Source: Bacteroidales bacterium (GTDB lineage Bacteria > Bacteroidota > Bacteroidia > Bacteroidales > JAAUTT01). From it: a stretch of 64,000 nucleotides of DNA. Where the stretch lies: assembly GCA_036261135.1 (NCBI GenBank), contig DATALJ010000108.1, forward strand, positions 15,971-79,970, given 5' to 3'. Of this stretch, positions 27,554-35,832 are shown one piece after another. Position 1 is the stretch's first letter, and the number at the start of each line of letters is the position of its first letter. The translations under genes and the position numbers were made by a program. The notes below the pieces were generated by a model, which made no database searches, had not been told where the DNA came from, and saw only the letters and a program-made list of their open reading frames with translations.

Positions 27554-29568
27554 AAATTCAGTATAGTTCCAATGAATACAAAGAGCACAAACAAGATTCC
27601 ATAAAGGACATAAGCCTGTACCTTACCGTTTTGTACAAATTTAAAAAGGTCTATAAAATATTGAAGTCGATCCGTTACAGGATTGATCATGCGTTGTTCA
27701 AAAAAATCTAGATAATGAGAAGAATATCTGCGGGTTTTCGGAAAAATCTCATCGCTTTTCAGCTCGGTGTATGACTTTTTCTCAATCAATACAAAATGAA
27801 ACAACTTGCCCAGCGACTTGGAGAAAGATTTCCCGGTATATTGAATTTTAGACGTAGGCGCAACATAGCCACAGCCCCATGTTTGCCCATAATTAATTTC
27901 CTTAGCCACAGAAACACGCGAACGCAACAGGTATATCAATCCAACAAAAGCCAGGAACAACAGAGAGTATAAACTAATCTGCTGCATTACAGACGCATAG
28001 TGAAAGAAAGCTGGATTAGCCACCATATTTAAATTGGGGAATATGCCTCCAACTACCGTATTCATCAACTGAATGAAATAACCGGGAAGAAAAGCTACCA
28101 ACAGCATAAACCCAACAACAACATACTGAGGGACCAGCATAATCTTAGAAACTTCTTCCGGTTCGTGGTGTAAATGTTGGCGTTGGGTGCCAAGAAAAAT
28201 GGTACCAAAGGTTTTCGTAAAAGTAAGTATTGAGATACCACCTATAATGCTTAATCCGGCAAAGGACAGCACCATCAGGGTTATTTCTGCGATGTTCGAC
28301 GACTCAATGCCATTCAACAACCCGCAATAGATAATGAATTCAGAAATAAAACCATTAAATGGGGGAATTCCTCCAATGGCAATAGCGCCAAGCAGGAATA
28401 AGACTGCTGTTTGGGGCATTTTCTTTGCCAATCCGCCCAGTTTATCCATATCGCGTGTATGTGTTTGCTGGTACACAGCGCCAACAGAGAAAAACAACAG
28501 CGACTTAAACAGCGAATGGTTGAGTACATGCAACAAAGCGCCACCAAATCCCAGGAAAACTAGGAGATTATTGCTTCGGCCCAAGCCTATTAAACCAAGT
28601 CCCATTCCTATTCCAATAATACCAATATTTTCGATGGTACAATACGCCAACATCCTTTTAAAATCGCGATGTACCGCAGCGTTCATTATACCAAACAAGC
28701 CGGTTAATACGGATACCGAAAGAACTATCTCTCCAAGTAATATAAAATCTGACTTTACAAAGGTTATAACACGCAAAATACCGTAAATACCCATTTTTAC
28801 AATTACCCCCGACATTACCCCAGATACATGCGAAGGTGCAGCGGGATGTGCATGAGGCAACCATGTGTGTAACCCTATAAACCCGGCTTTTAAACCAAAA
28901 CCTGCAAAAAACAGAAGAAAAAGCCAGATATTGGCATTAGTGCCAAAAAACGTTCCTATTCCTTTAAAATCGAATGTTCCGGTTTGAAAATATACCCAGA
29001 TAAAAGCAATGGTAAGAAACACAACACTCAGGTGCATTTGGACCATATAGTTTATGCCTGCTTTCAATACCTTGGGGTCGGTATGCTCAAACAATACAAG
29101 AAACATAGATGATATGGACATGATTTCCCAAGCTACCAGAAAGGCGATGCTGTTTTGGATCATGCAAACCCAAAGCATAGAAGACTGGAAAAGCAAAAAG
29201 AAAATCCAATGTACTGTTAATATGGACCGCAAAGGTTTATACGCTTTTAAATAGCCTATACCATAAAGAATGCCAGCGGTAGAGATTAGGTTTATAATCA
29301 GAATGAACCATGCAGAGAGTGGATCAATTCGAAAAGGTATCACACCTAAAAAAGTGCCTCCGGCAACGTTCACTTCAATTCCATTGGAAATGATGCCCTG
29401 GATCGCAATATAACTTGTTATCAGTGCGTTTAAACCGGCAAATACAAAAGTTGAAATGGCTTTTACACGTTCAGGCAGTAGTATTACCAACGTAATACCT
29501 GCCACCAATACCCCAAAATGCAATAATAAAAGAAAGCTATTCAATTCAAAACCTTCAAATCCCATCAT
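27544..29568 (-). CDS. NuoL/HyfB-like antiporter-type membrane subunit (copy 1)
   Basis: 674 aa, a paralogue of the next gene (TWLPHAHPAAPSHVSGVMSGVIVKMGIYGILR; C-terminal TWGCGY). Overlaps the next gene by 10 nt. Confidence 0.85.
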   Translation of the reverse strand: MMGFEGFELNSFLLLLHFGVLVAGITLVILLPERVKAISTFVFAGLNALITSYIAIQGIISNGIEVNVAGGTFLGVIPFRIDPLSAWFILIINLISTAGILYGIGYLKAYKPLRSILTVHWIFFLLFQSSMLWVCMIQNSIAFLVAWEIMSISSMFLVLFEHTDPKVLKAGINYMVQMHLSVVFLTIAFIWVYFQTGTFDFKGIGTFFGTNANIWLFLLFFAGFGLKAGFIGLHTWLPHAHPAAPSHVSGVMSGVIVKMGIYGILRVITFVKSDFILLGEIVLSVSVLTGLFGIMNAAVHRDFKRMLAYCTIENIGIIGIGMGLGLIGLGRSNNLLVFLGFGGALLHVLNHSLFKSLLFFSVGAVYQQTHTRDMDKLGGLAKKMPQTAVLFLLGAIAIGGIPPFNGFISEFIIYCGLLNGIESSNIAEITLMVLSFAGLSIIGGISILTFTKTFGTIFLGTQRQHLHHEPEEVSKIMLVPQYVVVGFMLLVAFLPGYFIQLMNTVVGGIFPNLNMVANPAFFHYASVMQQISLYSLLFLAFVGLIYLLRSRVSVAKEINYGQTWGCGYVAPTSKIQYTGKSFSKSLGKLFHFVLIEKKSYTELKSDEIFPKTRRYSSHYLDFFEQRMINPVTDRLQYFIDLFKFVQNGKVQAYVLYGILFVLFVFIGTILNLWH

Positions 29569-29778
29569 TCCAAAAATTATATCTTCAACGCTCGGTTTAA
29601 AAAATGCAAATTAAAAGTAAAATTTACGACAATAATCCCAAAAACGCGAAATAATTTAAAATATTACAATATTATATAATAAAACCGCTATTTTCAATAT
29701 CATATTCTTTGAATTTTATTACATAAATTTATAATATGTTAAAATATTTTATATTTTCGCAATACATTTTTTGACTTT

Positions 29779-30390
29779 ATGATCGGAGTAATCACGGGTA
29801 ACATCATCAATTCCAATAAGTACGATGCGAAGTTTTGGCTTCCTATACTCAAGCACACCTTATTGCAGTACGGAACCGAAACCAATACATGGGAAATCTT
29901 CCGGGGCGATCATTTTCACCTGGAAATCGGCAAACCCGAGCTCTCGCTTTTGGTTGCCATTCATATCAAAGCGGCCATAAGGCAGGTAAAAGGCCCCGAT
30001 GTGCGAATGGCCATAGGCATTGGCGAAAAAGGGAATAATAGCACCAAAATGTACGAAAACAATGGTAGTGCCTACATTTTTTCGAATGAAGAGTTTCATA
30101 AGCAAAAACAGCCCTTATCCTTAAAAACACAATGGCCGGAATTCGATAAGGAATACAACATTCACCTCGCACTTGCCTCTATAATCATTGACGGATGGAC
30201 CACTAATGCCGCAAAAACCATCAACACCATATTCGAAAGCCGGTCGCCATTATCGCAAGCCGAAATTGGCCAAAAACTAGGCATTAAACAATCTGGCACC
30301 AGCCAACGCTTGGCGCGCGCAAACTACAAAGAAATTATTGAGTTCGAAGAATTGTTCTGTAAGAAGGTTATTGAGCTGATTGGCGCTTAA
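29779..30390 (+). CDS. SatD-family-like putative transcriptional regulator (N-terminal cyclase-like fold, C-terminal HTH)
   Basis: MIGVITGNIINS..., ...IFRGDHFHLEI... and ...RMAIGIGEK... follow the SatD pattern (ITGDIxxS / GDEFQ / GIGIG). C-terminal HTH is LSQAEIGQKLGIKQSGTSQRLARA. Confidence 0.45.
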   Translation: MIGVITGNIINSNKYDAKFWLPILKHTLLQYGTETNTWEIFRGDHFHLEIGKPELSLLVAIHIKAAIRQVKGPDVRMAIGIGEKGNNSTKMYENNGSAYIFSNEEFHKQKQPLSLKTQWPEFDKEYNIHLALASIIIDGWTTNAAKTINTIFESRSPLSQAEIGQKLGIKQSGTSQRLARANYKEIIEFEELFCKKVIELIGA

Positions 30391-30450
30391 CGAAAAAACT
30401 CTTGTTAATTTGCAACGCGCAAATCAACAAGAGTTCATCTATAAACTATT

Positions 30451-31788
30451 TTAAATTCCGGCAACAACAACCCCGTCGAACACCAGACTTGGTGTGCGTA
30501 CGTTACTGTACATCCACGGATCGTTACCTACTTCGATAAGTTTATTCCAGAATTTCAAATGATTGTCGGCAAGGTTCATTTCTGCAACATTTTGCACAAA
30601 CTGGCCTTTGTTAAACAATTTTCCTTGAATTCCCACAGAAAAGTCGCCGGTTGTTGCATTGGAGTTTCCTCCCAAGAAGCCGGTAACCAACAAGCAGCGA
30701 TCCATATCCTTTATAATAGATTCGACATTACGCGTGCCCGGAGGAATAAGGACATTAGAAGTAGAACCCGATGTAGGCTCCCATCCCAGCTTACGCCCAT
30801 AATACCAATCAATCAAAAATTCGTTGAGCACTCCCTGTGTAAAGAATTCCCTTTTGCGTGCCGGGAATCCATCACCATCGTATGTTTTAGAGCCAAAACC
30901 TTGGGAAATGAAAGGATCATCCTGAATAGTAAATAGCTTACTGCCTATGGTTTGCCCCTTTTTATCAGCCAGAAACGATCGTTTCTGTTGAATATTTCCT
31001 GCACTCATAGGACCTACCAAACCAGATAAAAGGCGCGAAACAATACTGTTTTCAATAATAACAGGAAGTGTTTCGGTTTCTATTTTCTTTGCTCCCAGCA
31101 AATCCAGCGTTTTGATTGCGGCTATCTCGCCAACTTCTTTCAGCGACGGCAAATTACTACGATACCTGCTTCCTACCCAATAATATCCATTGGGTTTGCG
31201 GTCTCCTTCATCCTGGGCAGTCATGTCTGCGCCAGTCCATATCTCAGTTGAGCGGTACGAACCTTCAAAACCATTACTGGTCATTACCAATTCCTCGTAT
31301 ATCTGATCGTATTCTCCGGCTTCTACTGAAATTACCTTACTTCCACCCCGGTCAATACATGCAGATTCAACAGCTTTAACCATATCGTGACGCATTTCGG
31401 GCTGCAAGCTATTGTAAGAAGCATCTACCAGATCAAGATCCTTGTCAGATCGGCCTTTGAAATACTTTGGATCTGGTAAAGTCCGGAATGGATCTTCTTC
31501 CATGATCTTTGTATTATCTACCAAATCGGAAATAAAGCCACTGAGCGTGCTTTTGCGGAAATCAGGCGTTGATTGGCTTGAGAACCTGTTATTCTTATAA
31601 ATCTCCAATCGCAATCCCTGTGTGGTAGCCTCTTTAATTGTTTCAGGCTTTCGGTTGCGGTAGTTTATTTCTACAAACCGGTTTTTCGAGATGCCTACAC
31701 GACAATCATTTGCGCCTGCTTTCTTTGCCTGGTCTACAACCCACGAAGCTAATTCGCGAAATTCGCGTTGATAATCGTTATTACTCAT
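30451..31788 (-). CDS. TldD/PmbA-family metallopeptidase, PmbA(TldE)-like partner
   Basis: 445 aa with family-typical C-terminal segments (GFLGGNSNATTGDFSVGIQG). No signal peptide. The start overlaps the upstream gene by 4 nt (ATGA). Confidence 0.8.
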   Translation of the reverse strand: MSNNDYQREFRELASWVVDQAKKAGANDCRVGISKNRFVEINYRNRKPETIKEATTQGLRLEIYKNNRFSSQSTPDFRKSTLSGFISDLVDNTKIMEEDPFRTLPDPKYFKGRSDKDLDLVDASYNSLQPEMRHDMVKAVESACIDRGGSKVISVEAGEYDQIYEELVMTSNGFEGSYRSTEIWTGADMTAQDEGDRKPNGYYWVGSRYRSNLPSLKEVGEIAAIKTLDLLGAKKIETETLPVIIENSIVSRLLSGLVGPMSAGNIQQKRSFLADKKGQTIGSKLFTIQDDPFISQGFGSKTYDGDGFPARKREFFTQGVLNEFLIDWYYGRKLGWEPTSGSTSNVLIPPGTRNVESIIKDMDRCLLVTGFLGGNSNATTGDFSVGIQGKLFNKGQFVQNVAEMNLADNHLKFWNKLIEVGNDPWMYSNVRTPSLVFDGVVVAGI

Positions 31789-33332
31789 GACTGGCCTCCT
31801 TTCTGCTTTTGTGTTCCACCTACAGTTAACGATTTAACAAGACAAGTGGGCATGCCAAAAGATACAGGTACGCCCTGACTATTTTTACCGCACTGGCCTC
31901 CGCCACCATAAAACATCTCCATGTCGTTGGCAACCATCGTGATATTAGCTAGCATTTTGGGGCCATTTCCCATAATATTTACATCTTTTATTGGTGTTGT
32001 TAGTTTTCCATTCTCTATACGTCTGCCTTGCGAAACGTAGAAAGCAAAATCGCCTTCTCCTATCTTTACCTGGCCATTGCTTACATCCTCTACATAAATT
32101 CCATTGCCGGCAGCCTTAATCACGTCGTCTGGATTTGCCTGCCCACCTAACATGTAGGTATTACGCATACGCGGAATCGGGTAATTCTGGAAGTCCTGAC
32201 GGCGACCATTTCCTGTAGGTTCTACGCCATAATGTTTTGCAGATATTTTATCGTGTAGATAACCAGTAAGTATACCATTTTCAACCAATACGGTTCGCTT
32301 GCCGGGAGTACCCTCATCGTCTACATTGAGGCTGCCGGAAAGATTCATGTTGGTTCCATCATCTATAATGGTAACAAAGGGCTCTGCTACTTTCTTTCCA
32401 AGCATAGTGCTGTAGGTAGAAACCTTCTTACGGTTAAAGTCCGCTTCCATGCCATGACCAATAGCCTCATGCAATAAAACACCTGTAATTCCAGGACCTA
32501 ACACAACAGGCATTTCGCCTGCAGGCGGTTGTGAGGCATCAAAAAGATTCAATGCGTTATTAACCGATTTGCTGGCAACTTTATTAACTACATCGTCGGT
32601 ATAATAAGATAAATCGCGCATACCGCCAAGATTGTATGATGCCTGTTCGCGCTTACCATTCCGTTCGGCGACTACTGATGCGTACATATAACCCGACGGG
32701 ATAACGTCTTCGGCTATTGACCCGTCGGAAGTAACAATCATAATGCGTTTAAAGGTATTTGAGAACCCTGCATTTACTTTAACCAGCTCCGACGACAAGG
32801 AGAAACACTTCTGATTTAAAGCTTGCAGCAATGGAAGCTTCGATTTAGGTGGAATCCCATTAAAAGTAGCACTTACAGGATAGTAGTTGCCGACCTGAAC
32901 CTTATTAAAAGTACTGGAACTATTAGCAGCTTTCATGTTGCATATAGTTGCAGCCGTTCCTGCGGCAGAGAGCATCGATTCGGGCGTAAGTTCCTGCGTA
33001 AAGCCATAGCCAATCTGGTCGTCTTTAACAGTGCGTATACCAACACCAAGAGAGATCCTCCCGGACGATTGGTTCACCTTGCCATCTTCCAAACCAATAT
33101 AGTTTGATACCGTGTATTCAAAATACAAGTCAGCGAAATCGCCACCTTTAGAGAGTGCCTTTGCCAATAATTTACGGCAAATGTTTTCATCAATCCCGAA
33201 CTCGTTCAGGAAATAGTTTGCAGGCCCTTTTGCTTCAACAAAATCGAAAGCCTCGAGCCCCGGAAGTAACAACAAAGCTCCACCAGCCATGGCAGTGCCT
33301 TGGATAAATTTTCGACGGGATAAGTTTTTCAT
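31785..33332 (-). CDS. TldD-family metallopeptidase with twin-arginine signal peptide
   Basis: N-terminus MKNLSRRKFIQGTAMAGGALLLLPGLEA (SRRxFI Tat motif). Active-site motif HEAIGHGMEADF. Confidence 0.85.
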   Translation of the reverse strand: MKNLSRRKFIQGTAMAGGALLLLPGLEAFDFVEAKGPANYFLNEFGIDENICRKLLAKALSKGGDFADLYFEYTVSNYIGLEDGKVNQSSGRISLGVGIRTVKDDQIGYGFTQELTPESMLSAAGTAATICNMKAANSSSTFNKVQVGNYYPVSATFNGIPPKSKLPLLQALNQKCFSLSSELVKVNAGFSNTFKRIMIVTSDGSIAEDVIPSGYMYASVVAERNGKREQASYNLGGMRDLSYYTDDVVNKVASKSVNNALNLFDASQPPAGEMPVVLGPGITGVLLHEAIGHGMEADFNRKKVSTYSTMLGKKVAEPFVTIIDDGTNMNLSGSLNVDDEGTPGKRTVLVENGILTGYLHDKISAKHYGVEPTGNGRRQDFQNYPIPRMRNTYMLGGQANPDDVIKAAGNGIYVEDVSNGQVKIGEGDFAFYVSQGRRIENGKLTTPIKDVNIMGNGPKMLANITMVANDMEMFYGGGGQCGKNSQGVPVSFGMPTCLVKSLTVGGTQKQKGGQS

Positions 33333-33447
33333 TGTTGCGGTTAGATTTTATGAATGAACAATTTATGAAATTTTTGTGAATTCGGATATTTTTTATTTTG
33401 GCATTTTTAGATTATATTAACTAATATTGAATTTTATTACAAACAGT

Positions 33448-34002
33448 ATGACCGAACAAATCAGACTTATAGCAGAAAGACTTAAGGGATTCAGGGATAT
33501 TGAAGGTATTTCGGCCGAAACATTGGCTAAAGAACTCAATATACCTATTGCAACGTACGTTGCATACGAAAAAGGCGACATGGATATTCCTGTTGGCTTC
33601 CTTATGGACTTTGCACAACGCTTCGATATTGAGCTCTCTGTTCTCTTAACAGGTGAAGATCCGAAGTTGAAGACGTACTGCGTGGTTCGCAAAGGAAAAG
33701 GCATAAAAGTAGAGCGCCGCAAACAATACAAGTACGAAAACCTTGCCTTTAACTTTGTCGATAAAAAGGCTGAGCCATTCATGGTAACCGTAGAGCCATC
33801 GGCAGAAAATACGCCTGTGGAATTCAACTCCCACCGGGGTCATGAATACAATTATATAATTGAAGGGTCAATGAAGCTTTTTATTGACACCCACGAGGTA
33901 GTGCTTAATGAAGGCGACTCGATATATTTCGATTCGGGGCACAAACATGCCATGAAAGCGTTAAACAACGCAACGGTTAAATTCCTCGCTATCATTCTAT
34001 AA
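33448..34002 (+). CDS. XRE-family HTH regulator with C-terminal cupin domain
   Basis: HTH_3-like region RLKGFRDIEGISAETLAKELNIPIATYVAYEKGDMDIPVGFL and a cupin region (HRGHEYNYIIEGSMKLFID...GDSIYFDSGHKHAMKA). The start at MTEQ (33448) is preferred over 33427. Confidence 0.8.
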   Translation: MTEQIRLIAERLKGFRDIEGISAETLAKELNIPIATYVAYEKGDMDIPVGFLMDFAQRFDIELSVLLTGEDPKLKTYCVVRKGKGIKVERRKQYKYENLAFNFVDKKAEPFMVTVEPSAENTPVEFNSHRGHEYNYIIEGSMKLFIDTHEVVLNEGDSIYFDSGHKHAMKALNNATVKFLAIIL

Positions 34003-34080
34003 ATATTACAAAATCATAAACACCTATAAACTTAAGTTTTCAGCTTACGACTGGAAACTTACGACTAAATAATTAATACA

Positions 34081-35742
34081 ATGAGCATCCTTAACAAATA
34101 CCTTTCGCAGGTAAATTTCAATTCTTACGAAGACTTTGTTGACAACTTTCACCTAAACATCCCTGAAAACTTCAATTTCGCGTACGATGTGGTTGACGAA
34201 ATAGCTGCTACAACGCCCGAAAAAATCGCCATGGTTTGGTGCGACGATAAAGGCGAAGAAGCAGTGTTTACCTTCGAGCAAATGAAGTATTTCAGCGATA
34301 AAGCTGCCAACTTCTTTAAAACAATTGGCATTAAAAAAGGCGATCCGGTAATGCTGATTCTTAAAAGACGTTACGAATTCTGGTTTTGCACGCTTGCTTT
34401 AAATAAAATTGGCGCTGTAACTATACCCGCAACACATCTTTTATGTAAAAAAGACATTGTTTACAGGAACAACGCGGCCGACATAAAGATGATCGTTTGT
34501 GTTCCCGAGGAGGAAGTAATTACACACGTTGAGGCCTCTGAACCAGAATCGCCATCGCTCATTCGCAAAGCACTCATTGGCGAAAGCCGCGAAGGGTGGC
34601 TCAATTTCAATACAGGGATGGAAAAAAGTCCGGCCGAGTTTGTTCGCCCAACAGGTAACGAAGCAACATGCAATACGGATACCATGTTGCTGTATTTCAC
34701 ATCTGGAACCACCGGTATGCCTAAAATGGTAAGCCACAATTTCACCTACCCGCTGGGTCACATCATTACTGCCCGTTATTGGCAGAATGTAGAAGATAAT
34801 GGGTTGCACTTTACCGTTGCCGATACAGGATGGGCAAAATCGGCCTGGGGTAAATTATACGGACAATGGCTTTCAGGTAGTGCAGTTATGACCTACGATT
34901 TCGATAAATTCATACCCAAAAACCTGATGGAGGTTATTGAACGCTACAAGGTTACTACATTCTGCGCCCCTCCTACCATTTATCGTTTCCTTATTAAAGA
35001 AGACCTTACCAAATATAACCTGAAGCATCTTAAATACTGTGTAGTTGCCGGCGAACCACTGAACCCCGAGGTATACAAGCAGTTCCTCGATATTACAGGC
35101 ATTAAGCTTATGGAGGGCTACGGACAAACCGAACTAACAGTTGTAATGGGTACCTACCCCTGGATGGAGCCTAAACCTGGCTCAATGGGCATGCCTTCGC
35201 CAGGATATGAAGTAGACCTCGTTGACGAAAACGGCAATACATGCGAAGTAGGCGACGAAGGCCAGATTGTAATTCATACCTCGAGAAAACAACCTGTAGG
35301 CATGTTCGATGGCTATTATCGCGACGAACAGCTTACCCATAAGGTTTGGCATGATGGTGTTTATTACACCGGCGATATGGCTTGGCGCGACGAGGATGGT
35401 TACTTCTGGTTTGTAGGAAGAGCCGACGATGTGATTAAAAGTTCCGGATACCGTATTGGACCTTTCGAAGTAGAAAGTGCATTACTTGAACACCCTGCTG
35501 TATTGGAATGTGCGATTACTGCCGTGCCCGACCCCGATCGTGGGCAGGTTGTGAAAGCAACCATCGTACTCACCAAGAATTACAGTGCCAGCGATGTTTT
35601 GGCAAAAGAATTACAGGAGCATGTTAAAAAAGTTACGGCTCCGTACAAATATCCCCGTATTGTTGAATTTGTGAACGAATTACCAAAGACGATCAGCGGT
35701 AAAATACGCCGTGTTCAGATCCGGGACAGCGATAACGCCTGA
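34081..35742 (+). CDS. AMP-forming acyl-CoA synthetase (medium-chain/ACSM-like)
   Basis: AMP-binding motif [15 protein letters not shown] plus [40 protein letters not shown] and a C-terminal [10 protein letters not shown]. Confidence 0.9.
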   Translation: MSILNKYLSQVNFNSYEDFVDNFHLNIPENFNFAYDVVDEIAATTPEKIAMVWCDDKGEEAVFTFEQMKYFSDKAANFFKTIGIKKGDPVMLILKRRYEFWFCTLALNKIGAVTIPATHLLCKKDIVYRNNAADIKMIVCVPEEEVITHVEASEPESPSLIRKALIGESREGWLNFNTGMEKSPAEFVRPTGNEATCNTDTMLLYFTSGTTGMPKMVSHNFTYPLGHIITARYWQNVEDNGLHFTVADTGWAKSAWGKLYGQWLSGSAVMTYDFDKFIPKNLMEVIERYKVTTFCAPPTIYRFLIKEDLTKYNLKHLKYCVVAGEPLNPEVYKQFLDITGIKLMEGYGQTELTVVMGTYPWMEPKPGSMGMPSPGYEVDLVDENGNTCEVGDEGQIVIHTSRKQPVGMFDGYYRDEQLTHKVWHDGVYYTGDMAWRDEDGYFWFVGRADDVIKSSGYRIGPFEVESALLEHPAVLECAITAVPDPDRGQVVKATIVLTKNYSASDVLAKELQEHVKKVTAPYKYPRIVEFVNELPKTISGKIRRVQIRDSDNA

Positions 35743-35748
35743 TTAATT

Positions 35749-35803
35749 GTCATTCCGGCGAAGGCCGAACCATTCACTTGCGACTAGTCTTTGCCGGAAT
35801 GAC
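35749..35803. repeat. REP-like hairpin element, short form, between convergent genes
   Basis: GTCATTCCGGCGAAGG...25 nt...CTTTGCCGGAATGAC. Same termini as the 7761-7827 copy. Confidence 0.75.
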
Positions 35804-35832
35804 AACCATCTTTACACAAACCTTCATTTTAC

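Noticed and set aside
20233-29568. Annotating the operon as a functional formate hydrogenlyase / hydrogenase-4
   Set aside because: The large subunit has no CxxC motif and the small subunit lacks three of four proximal-cluster cysteines. No hyp, protease or formate dehydrogenase genes are adjacent. Only the 'hydrogenase-like/complex-I-like' label is supported.
29656-29748. 10-bp direct repeat TTAAAATATT (29656 and 29739) in the Hyf-like/SatD-like intergenic region as an operator
   Set aside because: The region is extremely AT-rich, so a 10-mer of this composition recurring by chance is plausible. It is not reported as a feature without binding data.
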